From positions 18,786,001-18,850,000 of the forward strand of contig JBHGNT010000011.1 of assembly GCA_043228905.1 (NCBI GenBank): DNA of 64,000 nucleotides, given 5' to 3'. The stretch comes from Azolla caroliniana (taxonomy: Eukaryota > Plantae > Polypodiophyta). Below the pieces are notes generated by a model that had not been told where the DNA came from, searched no databases, and saw only the letters and a program-made list of their open reading frames with translations. The position numbers were made by a program, and so were the translations under genes. Positions 36,790 to 55,400 of this stretch are shown piece by piece (the stretch's first letter is position 1; each line of letters starts with the position of its first letter).

Positions 36790-37200
36790 GAGGAAATACC
36801 CAAAGAGGTGGTTGATACCTCCAATGTATACAACCATTGAACATGAAGAAGACATTTAGCCTTTCCTATCTCATTTTAAAAACCTATTGCTTTTGAAAAA
36901 CTACATTTGAATCACCCTTGATAGCATCGTATTCCCCTTTTAGTGTATGTACCAAAGTCAACCAAATCTCCTTGACTACATTCATAGCATTCCATTGAAT
37001 TTCCTAAAATATCCTTCTAGTCCACAAAACCCATAAGACTTTTGAATTGATCGTCTCCCAAACCACACCATTCTATACTAAATTAATAGACATACCTGGC
37101 GGCACTTCCTCAACATATTGATCTCTTGTATACAATGCAAAGATAACCTTTTCTTTTTCATAATCTTGTAGTTCACCCTTAACATCTACCCACATCACTG
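36790..37200 (-). mobile_element. L1-like LINE 3' fragment
   Basis: Manual translation gives VLWVLW...IWLTLVHTLKGEYDAIKG...HWRYQPPLWVFP, matching the LINE C-terminal motifs near 39880-40050 and 60030-60215. Confidence 0.7.
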
Positions 37201-39662
37201 ATTTCACATGCATTTCTAATCATGAATTGTCTCTCAATGTTAGTATATATTTCTTTGTCTCTCAATGCATATATAATATATATAAATTGTTATTGAGGTG
37301 TACTTTTCTAAAGTCAATGATTTCACATTCTGCATTAACATGTAAGTTTTGTCTAGTTTCTTTTGTTTTTTCCTTCATATTCACTTATTAAATCTAGTAT
37401 TACGAGTTCACTTCTCTCGTGTTTTCAAGTATACATATACAACTCATTGTAAATGTTCTATTCATTCATGTCCTTTCTTAGCTTTCTTATCTCTACGTGG
37501 GCCATAATAAAACACAAAATATAGGTTATTACACAAATTGATATTAATAAAATGAAACATTAGGATCAATATCGTACACCAATGGGAGTTAAAACTTTGA
37601 CGTATACGAATACATTTGTTGTGGTTCAACCATCATCTTCGGATCATCAACTAAGGTACGATGTACATAATTTGATGTGGTCAGTACGATGTCTCGAGGC
37701 TATTGCAAATGCCAAGAAAACGATGGTACACATTAATTTATATGCAATATTTCTCAAGCTGAACTCAATGATTTTTCCAACATTTGGGACGACACAAAAT
37801 GTTTGGGAAAGTTAAACACACAAAAGTGATGAACAAACTTTGAAGTAATCACATAACATAATAATTAGACAATCAAACAATAAACACATAATCATGGATA
37901 GTATGTGTTTAACATTAACATGTTAATTTACAAGGCAATATATAACATTGTTTCCCGATCATGTAAAGATAATTCAAAGAGACTTGAAAGGTTACATCAT
38001 TTTCATTGATTGTAATAATAAATTTATGTGACTATACTCATTCAAAAACAAAAAGAAGCATTGAAAGTTTGAAATATTCCAATTCCATGGTAAAAATAAA
38101 TGTGGAAGGTGAATCTAAAGGACTTGTTTGATTGTTTTGTTTCAGAGAGGAAATTTAGTGCAAGCCAATCTTATGTGAGTTACACAATGGACTACATATC
38201 TAAATCATTTATGAAATATAAAAACCCAATGCCTAATAAAACTTTCATTTCTAATGTATTCCAATTTGAAACAAAAAATAGTTAATATTCACTTCCATTA
38301 AAGTATTCTTGTTTAAGACCTTTTGTAGTTTCATTTTTAGCTCAATTATAAATAGTTAATTCTCTTTCTTTAGCTCACTTATTCATGCCTCGGCTATAAA
38401 GGGCACTATATTTTCTATCCATCTTCTTCAAGATAGCCTAAAACTAAAATAAACTCAATTACCATGCCCGACAATAGATTTGTCGAAGATTGTTCGAGGT
38501 ATTATATAGATCAAACTAATAGTGAGTGATATAATAAGAGATTAGGGAAAATAATTAATCAAGGGTGTTTAACCCACCGACAATTGTCGAGCAAAGGACA
38601 TGCAACAAACATAAAAGATCATATTGTCCCATATCCCTTAATATTGCCTTATGGTATACCTTGGTAGTTGATGAGGGATTTATGTTTTCTCAAAGTGTGT
38701 TACACCGAGTGCATGTCTTCCTTTTGAGAGGTTCTCCTTGTTGAAATCATTAATTGAGGTGTTAAAAGCGACAAATTGATCGAGAGTTGTGGTCCATCAC
38801 TCTTGAGTTGCCACCTATGCTAACCTTAATCTACCGAACTCTCAATCACCTCTCTCATGTAAATAACTTAACTAGTGCCTCCAAAAGGATTAAGCATTGA
38901 ACATCAATCTACATAACCACACCTTTATTAAAGAAGTTAGCATTATATACATAAAAGGACAATTTATCAGAGCTAAATAGTGCTTAACCTTAATCACTTG
39001 TTTCACATGTATATAAGAAAGGAAGAAGGGAGAGATAGCCCTAGATTAGGTTACGAGGGGATCTTAAGACAAAAGTTCAAGAAGAAGTAAAAATTCATGA
39101 AAGTGACTTTTACAACTCAATTACAAAAATGTTGTCCCCTTTCCATTGGGTCGTCATTTGACCTAAAGGTCTAGAAGCAATTTTGTTCTATCCCCCTTTT
39201 TCCTAGCTTACCCTTTTTCCATTGGATGTCTTCATGGGTTGTGCTACACATGGCATGTACAAAGTCTCAAGAATGTTTCAAGATTTGCAATTAAGGGGGT
39301 AGTTAGTCCCATTTTTTATAATCTAACACCTAAGGCTCCTAGATAGATTTATGTGTTTGTTCCAATTACTAGGATAATTGTTTTCCCAACTATCCTACCC
39401 TTGACCCATTAAAATTAACTTTAGAATTGGTCTTTTAGGTTATGTCCATAACACAAGGATATTACATATCTTTTTTTTAGGGTAATTATATTTAGAGCAT
39501 GATAAAACTGGTGTTCTTTTCTACAATAAATTGCTATAATGAAATGTTGATAGTTGACGATGAGGGACATCATGCCAACCTTATTGCCAACTTCTATGTA
39601 ACTTAGACGAGATTAGAACTCTTTGACCACAATAATTACAATATAATTAGTGAAGATTCCTC

Positions 39663-40690
39663 TTTTTTTTACCAAAAAAGAATATACTCCTTTCGTTAAA
39701 ATATACACAAACTATCCCTTTCTCAGGTAGGCCGAGCCAAGACTATCTTATCCTACATAAGGGATCTCACTTACTTATCTTACACTTTCACATATGGCTC
39801 TAGTCATCCTTTCATGCACATCACCTACGTTCACTATCCCACATGCCATGTCTTTCACACCCCTCGTTCATCTAATGGGAGGGGGGAACAACCATTTGGG
39901 TACTTCATACTTCCATAGTATATCCATTCCATTTGCTGCGGCCATCAGTGTAGTACACCATCACATTAGTTCTGCAGCATCATTAGTACCATCAATCCGC
40001 TCATATTGAGCTCTTAGTGTAGTTATTAGTGTGTGTGCCAGATTAGCTTAATCGATTTAGCTAGGGGGCGTTTGTGTGTTGAAAATACCATGGTACACCT
40101 TGTTGTCCATATATACCATATAGTAATGGGGGCAAGCAACATCCAAAGATCTCCAAGTTTTTGGTTCTGTGCACAAGTTGTAGGTACCCTGTTGTCAGTT
40201 ATCAACCGCACAATGTCATTCTCCCTTCTGTACTTAGCATCGCATGTGCTATTATATTTTGCCACATCATCCTCAAGACAAATCTAGCAAGCATGTCCCC
40301 AATTGAGGCTGAACGAACTAGAGGCATGGCAAAGCAAACGTAGTGCCCTTCCCCGTACAACCATTGCCTTGCGACATTCTCCTAAACAATGGGAAATGCT
40401 TTGTATCTGTCCATAGGCAATACATCTAGGGTCTACATTGGGGCCTTTACCGCACGTCCCTACCGACAAGGCTCTATGTGCAATAAACCATAAACACATC
40501 ATTATCTTGCGGTCATATATGTCATGTCATATCATTTTCCAGAATTTATCTAGTCTCATTTCACCAATGCCCTCCTGTATCCAAAATTTCCTTGCTTCAA
40601 TCTTGTCGTGTTATTGTTCTAGAATAATTTGCTTCCCAATCTTCGTGTTATACCTGAAAAATTGAACCAGCTTTTCCCCATCAGTTCATC
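39663..40690 (-). mobile_element. L1-like LINE 3' fragment (zf-RVT and C-terminus)
   Basis: LWFIAHRALSVG...C...SISHCLGEC is a decayed zf-RVT, followed by IWYIWTTRC and PKWLFPPP. Possible A-tail near 39663-39670. Confidence 0.78.
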
Positions 40691-41343
40691 CTGTTGGCCG
40701 GCAAGGCAAAAAGGGTAGGTTAGAGTTCAGAATGTAAAAGGGGTATTTAATTAGGAATAGGGAGTTGCAATTAATAAGTATTAGGAAATATTATGAGAAT
40801 TAATAAGTATTATGCTATTTTGAGAAGCGGACGGACGGACCCAGAATCGGTATGCCAATTCGGATCAGGACCGGATCGTTGCCGGTTGCCGGTTTGTAAC
40901 TCAGTCAGAGACCTATAGAAGGACCCGGAAAGAATGTAATCAACGACGGATAATTAAGAGAAGTGTTGTTGTTTTGCATATGATTAAGTGTTTATCTGAT
41001 TACCGTTTTATGCTGAACATTATTAATCTTACGCGTTGTCGCGTTGCTACGCGCATGCGTGGAGAACGAGGCGGGACCACGGGGGCCTCAGACCGAGGAA
41101 TAACCGAATGAAGGGAGGGGAATGACTCTTACGATGTAATTCACATGCGCACAGACCCACAGAATCACAGGAATTGCAATCAACCACAGAACGCGAGATG
41201 GAGACAGATTGAATGCTTATGTATATATAAATCAAGGTGTTACAACCAGCAAGCCGACGAGTGATAGGTGTGAAAGTGTTTTTTGAATTCAAACCATTGA
41301 ACACTAGATGGATATAAATTATGGATAATTCACATTTGGAGGA

Positions 41344-41443
41344 NNNNNNNNNNNNNNNNNNNNNNNNNNNNNNNNNNNNNNNNNNNNNNNNNNNNNNNNN
41401 NNNNNNNNNNNNNNNNNNNNNNNNNNNNNNNNNNNNNNNNNNN
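41344..41443. other. Assembly gap (100 N)
   Basis: Run of exactly 100 N, typical of a placeholder of unknown size. Confidence 0.99.
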
Positions 41444-41658
41444 AATACTTGATAATAGAAAAATATTTGGGTTTACAATGTGAATCATGAAAAGAATCAG
41501 TGATATGTAGTATACTGTGAAAATAATTGAAAACGAATGATTTTCGAGGCTCTACTTACAAAGATCTGAATGTTGAAAAAAGGAACTTGTTTATGCAACC
41601 ATGAATAAATTGGTGGAGACAACTACTTGGTTAGTTTTTTATTTCTTCATGTAATCAG

Positions 41659-43110
41659 GTTGAGGATTCTAATTCAGTCAGAATTATGTGCCTTCTTCCA
41701 GCAAAGTTCAATAAAAGTCTTTGGATTAGAAAAGGTATAACAACTTAGATATCTTTTCCTTAATTCTATATACTTGGGTTTCAATAAAGACGCACGGCTT
41801 ATTTCTTCATGTTGCATATATATGTAAATATGTTTTCATCTCCATTTGATAACTTTGAGGCTCTCTTGCAAAATCTTTTAGTAAATTTTGATGGCTAGAA
41901 ATTAAAAACGTAAGCTTAGAAGACATTCAAATTTTGGCTGTGTCACATTGTTAGAAATGGGAAATTGCTGTTCTAGATGCGATTTTTTTCTGAGCGCTGC
42001 AAAATTTATTTGTTAGTGACGTCTAGAAATGTATTGCCAGAGACTTTTACAATTCATGTTGCATCTAAAATAACAACTTGATTATGCAAAATTATATATG
42101 ACATCAATGGGCATATAAAAAAATAGTTGAAAAATAAAAAAGCCACCTTCAGAAGTGTTTATTTCATGTTTGTGGGCAGTGATGTGATTTGCTACCCATG
42201 CTTTGAGGTTATTTGTAAAATGGAAGCTATTGAAATGCTACATTGTGGTATTCTTGCAAGCACTGGGAATTTGTATGGCAGTTTTAACAACTAGTTTTCT
42301 TCCACATAAGGCCATCAAAACATTTAAACGTTTGATTTATGTTTTAACAACCTGAAAAGTGTTCACAGATTTAGAAACCAAGTATCCTATTTTCTTTGTA
42401 CTAATTGGGTGATGAGAGAACAAATATTATGACATGGTCAAATGTTCAATAGAAGATGATTATTATGAGCATACATTAAATATTAATTACCCCTAATGAT
42501 TGCTGACAATATGACCATCTTGCATGCAAAACAATCTGGTGAAACAGTAGAGATTGGCTTATCCCCAAGCAACTTGCATTTATATCACATTCTTTTATAT
42601 TATCCTGCTTGCTTCTTTAATGGGTTTTATCATGAATTAGTTATGTTGATATATTTTATATGTTCCATATTTTCAGACATTCAGATAACCGTCAAAAAGG
42701 CATATTTTTACTATATTTCAGGGAGTTTTGTAGTGGTTGAGGAGATTGAACGGGAGAAAGCACTAGAAGCAGGCAGTAAGGTCACTGGAATCATTTGTAA
42801 TGTTCTTTTTGAAGAGCAGATACGGACATTAAAAAGATCATCAGCTTGGTCTCTCTCTCTCTCTGATGTTCGCACAATTTTGTTTTCATCTTGAAATATA
42901 GTTTCTGAAGAAATGTTTGATATGTTCAGGCCAACAAACTTTGATAGTGAAGTAATGGAGGCTTCAAAGATGACGGAAGGGTCTTTGTGTGAAGAATTAG
43001 GTGATGATGGGAGTGGAGATGAAGGTCTAGCACCATTGGAAGCTAATGAAAATAGGCGTGCAGTGGTCCAATGCGAATTATCTGAGTCCAGTGATGAGGA
43101 TGAGCCATGA
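41659..43110 (+). CDS. EIF1AD: eIF1A-domain (OB-fold) RNA-binding protein, eIF1AD-like; only the 3' exons are present
   Basis: GT-AG exons 41659-41734 (CLLPAKFNKSLWIRKG), 42722-42848 (SFVVVEE...KVTGIICNVLFEEQIRTLK) and 42930-43110 (acidic tail, LAPLEANENR) join in frame. The start exon was not found. Confidence 0.85.
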
Positions 43111-43529
43111 TTGCACTCTGATGTAATCAATGCTCTACTATTAGAACCATTTGTCAGCACATAAGAGAGTTTTGAATTGAAATTATATATTCATCACACC
43201 CAAGTTCATCTAAATGAATGATGAAAGAAAAGAACTAATGGAACTTTTTTTAAATTTGATTATTAAATTGGAAAGAACACAAAGAAATTGGTTACATGGC
43301 TTTTTATTATGTAACTCATAAGGCTCTTTTTTGTCCATAGAGTAGAGGTGTTTTTAAATGGTAAATTAGGTTTTATTTGATGATCAAATCTATTAGGTTT
43401 GTTTGTATTGTGTAAGGTTTTTTTTAATCCACAGAGTAGACAAAGGTTTTTTTTTAATCTATAGATGTAACTTCAAATGTTGAAGTCAATTATGACCACA
43501 TTATTGCTATGCCTTTAGGTATCTAATTT

Positions 43530-43820
43530 GCAGTAACGATATCTAAACCCTGAACCGAACCGAACTGAATCATGAAACCATTAAACTGAACTATTAAAAA
43601 ATTCAAACTGTTAAGCCATTAAACCGGTAAAACTGTGGTTTTGTTGTTCGGTCTCAGATTTCAGCTTAGGTCAAATTTTAAAATTTAAAATTTTCAAAAT
43701 TTCAAGATTTTTATAAAATATGAGAATAAGGCATAAAAATAAAAGCACTTTTTTAAATTTTTTACAAAATATAAAATAATTAAACCGTTAAACCATTAAG
43801 CTGTTAAGCTACGTTACACA
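43530..43820. mobile_element. Possible MITE/hAT-like remnant
   Basis: Imperfect termini CAGTAACG / CGTTACAC with clustered AACCG/AAACC subterminal motifs. No TSD confirmed. Confidence 0.3.
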
Positions 43821-44762
43821 GTAGAGCAAAAACTTTTAGAAAGTATCAAAAAGGTATACGAGTTTAATGAATCACAACACCAGCCTGGAAGTAGGCATCC
43901 AAGACAGTTGACCCTAAATCGCAATCATGCTGCTGGCAGCAACTTGTGGCAACCATGGCTTATTGAATGAGAAAAGTACTTCTACTTGATTTGAACCGCT
44001 GTTGCTTGTTCAAGAAGAGTATTTTCTCAATGTTAAAGGTGACCAAAAAAAATACTAAGCAAACCTCAAGCAATTTACGTCAAGATGCTGATGTCTCTCA
44101 AGACTTTGAAAGAGTTGGAATCTGACCATGGATGTGAAACATGCTTGTCGCATCCAGGATTTAAAGATCCACAAGTGAAACATGATGTTACACTCTGAAT
44201 ACTGGTACCAACGCATTCAAGGTATTGACTAACATGAGACAAAATCTTGCAACTCCAAATGCTCAGTACCAACACAAATGAGAATAAGCAAGAAGAAAAA
44301 TGAATGCCCAAGTTATGGCAGATGCCTGATTAGATATTAGATATAGTATATGACAACAAGATGTAATTCTATTGGACCTCTTCAAAACCATTAAGACTTA
44401 TCCCAGTGATAATACAAATGTTTTGCAGAATCCAGTTATCCAATGAACTTGGTATCAATGTGGAAGCCCAATATTTATTGCTATCTGAAATGTGAAGAGT
44501 CGTGCGTCAATTAATTATATGAACACCTTGTTACATTGTTCATTAATCTGAATCTTCATAATATACATGTTACCCATTCTCCCATGCAGTTTTTGTACCA
44601 ATGCATATAAAAATGGATTTCTTTTTGTACACACTGCACAGTGATAAAAAGCCAGCATTTCCTTCTACTGAACAGGACTACTGATATTACAGCTCAGTTT
44701 AAAGCCAATCTACAGCATGCACTGCCTCTCAAAAGTATGAGCGAACATTCATCCATCCAACA

Positions 44763-50504
<5,742 letters not shown>

Positions 50505-50550
50505 CTTTCTGCGCCTGTGTCTGCCTCTCGATGTTTGTCTTTAGTCTCAG

Positions 50551-50807
50551 AAACCCTAACTTCTCGACAAGAAGAAGAATACGAGGAAGATGAAGATTAT
50601 GCTTTTTTTCTATTTTTCCTATTTTTTTTATTTTTATTTTTATTTTTCGGTTTTGCACAATTTCAAAATATAGCCCTACCATTCATTATTCCTAGGAGTA
50701 CCCCCCTCAAGAGAGACTCTATTTGGAGGCTTTTTGAGTAGAACAAAACACAAAGGGCTTGCGGCCCGAGATGAAGCAACGCATTTCATGGCGCTTCGGG
50801 ATGGGCC
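50551..50807. promoter_or_regulatory. Telo-box (AAACCCTAA, 50551) and site II motif (TGGGCC, 50802) upstream of HAM
   Basis: Exact motif matches within about 300 bp of the ATG. Motifs this short can occur by chance. Confidence 0.45.
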
Positions 50808-52431
50808 ATCATGGCTGCTCACCTTCCCTTATCTCTAATCTCTATAGTGTCTACTCATTCACGTTTTCAGAACAAGCGAACCATTATTGCAACTCCTCCT
50901 GTTTTGGCCCTATAAAGCCAAGTTTAGCCACTCTTCAAAGAAAATAATACACTTCGTCTTTTCTATAAGTGAACACAAAGAGGGACATTATAAAGGGAAA
51001 GAGCTTTATGGAGAGACGTTTCATAGATTGTCTTCAGAATTCCAAAAAATGAGAGGTGTTCTTAGAAGTTCACCATTAATTACAAGCATTTGTGCATGTG
51101 TGAGTAGTAGTAGTAGTAGTAATAGTAGTAGTTATGGTAGTAAAACGTTTTCCTTGAAACCTTCAAGATGTAGGTTTGAATCTCATGTGTGGATTCCATA
51201 GTCCAAGGATTGAAAAGTCTACTATTTCTTTTATGATGATGCTCATTCGACTCCTTACAATAGAATTGTTTCTCTTGTGAAAAGCTTTCTCATCTCACAT
51301 TATTTTCTTACTTCTTTCGAGTTATATCTAGTTGATTATGAATGAGTGCACATATGCATGCATGTATGTGTTATGAAGGGAAAAAAACATACTTTCAATC
51401 CCCACCAATCTAGACTTCCTTTCTGGATAAAAGCTCATGTGGATATGAATACATCCCAACAAACCCTACGGGGCTCTTTGAAGAGAGCAAGTGGTTGTGG
51501 GAATGACATTTCCACCAATAAGGCACACACAAGGATTCATCACCACCCAAATCATTAAAACAAAGTCAATGCTTCTCTTTTACACGGTTGCATGTGTTAA
51601 CACAATATTCATTTTACGAGCTATGTGTTTGCTTCTCAAGCCATGCATGCACACAACTACCTTGATTGAGAAGCAAATGACAGAGGTTGAGCAAAAATTT
51701 TAGCCTAGTTCCTATAATACATCTCTCATGCAAGCTTTCTTTAGAGAACACACAAGGCAACCAAATATATTGTTGATTTAATGGAGGCAAGTTGTGGAAC
51801 ATGTTTTGCCTAGTTTCTAACATACACATCTTACATGGGCATTCTTTAGGGAACACATGATGCTATCGAATATATTGAAGAATTCCTCCACCATCAAAGT
51901 TAGGTGCTTTTTTAGGGTGATTATTTCGATATTCAAAGACTCAGCCATTGCTAGTAACTTATATAGCCATCCAATGCTCAACTAGAGTAGCCCTAGTTTT
52001 TCTCAGTTCTCTATCTATAATTATCCGATTAGCTACAATGGTGCTCAAACAATATTGTCAACCTCTGAACTCTATGGAAGTACACCCATATTAGTCATGA
52101 AAAATAAAATATGTCATAGCCATAGATTATATTTACATGCAATCACAATTTTATTCACAAGTTCAAAAAGACTGTAAGGAGAATTTCTTTCAGGTGGAGA
52201 AGACCCAAATTATTAGGCCCCTCTTTCCAGAAAAGATGAATATTACAAGATAGAGTTTTCAGGTAGTATACTTTTCCAACATAATACAATTCATCCAGTG
52301 TAGGAGGCCATGGTAGGTTGAGTCTTGCATCATAAAACCGAATACATTCAGTAATAAAAATGTGAAGTGTTTTTACAACAGCTGTCCTCCGAAACAAAAC
52401 CCAATTCATATAGCAGAGCCACCAACAATCA

Positions 52432-55400
52432 TCATTCTACTTGAGAATGAATTGATACTGTTGTGGCAAGGTCCTGCTGTCCTTGGGTGTTATGACCTAC
52501 AACTTCTCTTGAACTTTGCTCTTGAAAAACATCCAAGCTGAACTCAGCATTCGAGCTTTCATTCACCAATATCACATTTTTATCAGCCATTTCAACCGAT
52601 GACTCATCTGCAGACAAACTCTCTCTCTTGTTAGAACTCTCTTCTATTGATTCTTTCAATTCATCATTCTCAGGCACCTTGAGCCTATCTTGCTTCAAGG
52701 GACCATCATCTGATACTACTTGTACATCTGATGCATGCTCATGAACATTCGACACTACCTTGTTCGTATCCATCTTCTCTATAGTTTTACAAAGCGAATA
52801 ATACTTCAAAACTAGTTCTTTATAATCATTGAGAAGCGATTCAACATCCTCAATTCGGAGATCTCCAACACTTGCATATAGAAAAGGGAACTCTCTTGCA
52901 AGTTGCCCGACTTTATCTGCAGCTAGCAATGCTGATGAACCTTCAGCTTGCAAATTTGATAAAGAAACCATTGAGGTGTTATTGCTAGAAACCGATGGAA
53001 AACCAACTTTTGGAAGCTTGGTTTGACCATCCAAAATTTCGGCTGCATGTGAAGTATTTGGAGAGATGGATCCAGGAGGGAGATTTGTCGTCCTCCTTAA
53101 TGATTCTCTGGCAAGGATCATTTTCTTCTCAAATTCTTTCTCGTCCATCGAGAGAGAAGCTGCATTCAGATTTTCAATGAATGATTCGGCTGATACAAGG
53201 TTTGTGAAATAGTAAGCTGCTTCTGAGACCAACTTTGAATGCTGTCTATACCTTTGGATGAATAAAATATTGGAATAGAGTTGTGGGGGATTTGCCTGCT
53301 TAGAAAAAACAACATTTATGTTACTGTGAAAAACATGTAAAGGTCGTATGGTTGCAGGAAAGTTCCAACTCTAAGGAGCTATAAAAAAAGCACCTCAACA
53401 GCTAAATCTAGAATAAAAATGAAGAGCACAATCTCTCTTTTTCTCTATGAGGGGAAACATCAAAAGTTTTAGCAATATATCACTCTAAATATGAGGATTA
53501 GAACAATCTACATGTTTAATAGAGAGTGAAATCTAGCAGATTTGTAAACTTGACTGAGTTGATCCACTTACGCTGAAGTTCATGGAATGCATCTTCTGGT
53601 TCTTCTTAAACTGCTTCATAGAGGCAACAAAGTTTCCTCAAGAGTTTGGTGTAAATACCTTTCTTCAGTTTAAACTTTACAGATATATATGCACATTTGG
53701 ACTATAGCCCCTCGAAGGATCTTGGGAGCTATCTACGGTTATGAATGCCATGTGACCTATGCAGGCTATTTGTGATCTTATTACAGTAATAGAGAATACT
53801 AGTTATCATGCCACCTCAAAGGATTTGGAAATACCAGACTTTGGAAGTAGTTTTCGTACTTCTCATAAAGTTTGGATATAGTTCCAAATTGATTTTACTG
53901 CATGTACTTCTCAACGCTGTCCCATATCTCAGAAATTTTCCTCAACACATCCACCAATAGAATTAAGTTGTGTGTATTTGAGATTCACTAACTCCCACTC
54001 CAAACATGAAATGTGTGCAAACGAAATGTCTCAATACATTTCAATTATCCACTTCCTAAAGGCATGTCCAAGCTCCTCTGTTCAAACTTCTTGGATTATT
54101 GAATCAGCCAAGTTCATAAACTGATCTTTTGAAGAACCTTCTATGCTTTGGAAACAGGATTGGGAAGTCAATAACACACCCAAGAAAGAGAGTGAAAAGG
54201 TGAGAAGGATTAAGAGATCTAGGATCAAGGGGCTACATTCTGATACCATATCAGAAATTGCAATGGAAGTAAGACATGAGACACAACACATAGATGAGAA
54301 TGACCCTTGTATCAACCAAGAGAAAAGTGACAAGGCGTTATTCTCAGCACAGGCACTTACATACACAGACACACACATATATATAGGATGAAAGTATCCT
54401 AATCTTACAAATGTTTGTGTGTAAGCAGATGGAGAGAGTGAAGAGAACAATAAGGCAATAAGGCCAACAAGACAATAGTTGATTTGGTTGTATTGTATGG
54501 AACCTTGAGCTCATTAGTTCAACACGCTGATAGTTTATGAATAAACATGTCTAATTTAGAATAATAATTCATGTTCTTATATAAAATAAAATTGTACAAA
54601 ATCAAAGAAATACCACCTTTAAAAGGACATAAATCAGTACTGGCAGAAATTCATCTGCACCTGTAGGATTGTCATTAGAAGCCATGCAAATATTCATTAT
54701 AACTTTGCTGCAATTCAGAATACTCTCAAGCTTTTCACGAGGATATTTATATGAATTAATGTTTTGAATCTCCTTTTGGGCCAACTGCAAAACGAGGAAA
54801 ATAGAGTGAAGATGGTATAACTTTTATCTGAAGGAACCAATGAAGTAAAATCAAGAAAATCATTCAAAGGAATCAGAAAGAAGGAATAGATAAATGACAA
54901 CTTTTTATGTATGATTTGTTACATTATAGTGAGAACAGAATATTCTTACAAGCCATGATGTTTCATTCTGGAACTTAGGTAGAATATCAAGATGCTCCGG
55001 TCTTATAAATTGTTGCAGTAACTGCACCTTCTCGTATACTCTCTGATCATGTTCTACTTCTTCAGGAACTGCACCAAATGTCCTTGAGTAGAGTTTACTC
55101 ATCAAATATTTCTCCAATCCCTGTATATAAAAAAAAATTTGAGGAAAAAGGTCAAGCTTTGAGATAGACATTAATAACCAGGTGCAGTGAATTACAATGC
55201 ATAACACAGTTGTTAAGTGAAACATGGCACGTTCCTTGTTTTTAATATCTTACACGGTTTAATATTTCCAATTTAAAATGTTGTTCATATGCTAAATGTA
55301 TACAAGAAACATACTCATATTTTAATTTGTCGGGAACTGGCCTTCATTAGATGGCAATAGATAATGCCAAGGGGCTCATAATGTGAAGGAAACCATTATG

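Noticed and set aside
40692-41343. Possible LTR starting TGTTGG before the gap
   Set aside because: No second terminus, partner LTR or TSD could be confirmed.
51125-51190. tRNA/SINE-like head (GGTTTGAATCTC) after a (GTA)n run
   Set aside because: The B-box is degenerate and there is no convincing A-box, cloverleaf, tail or TSD.
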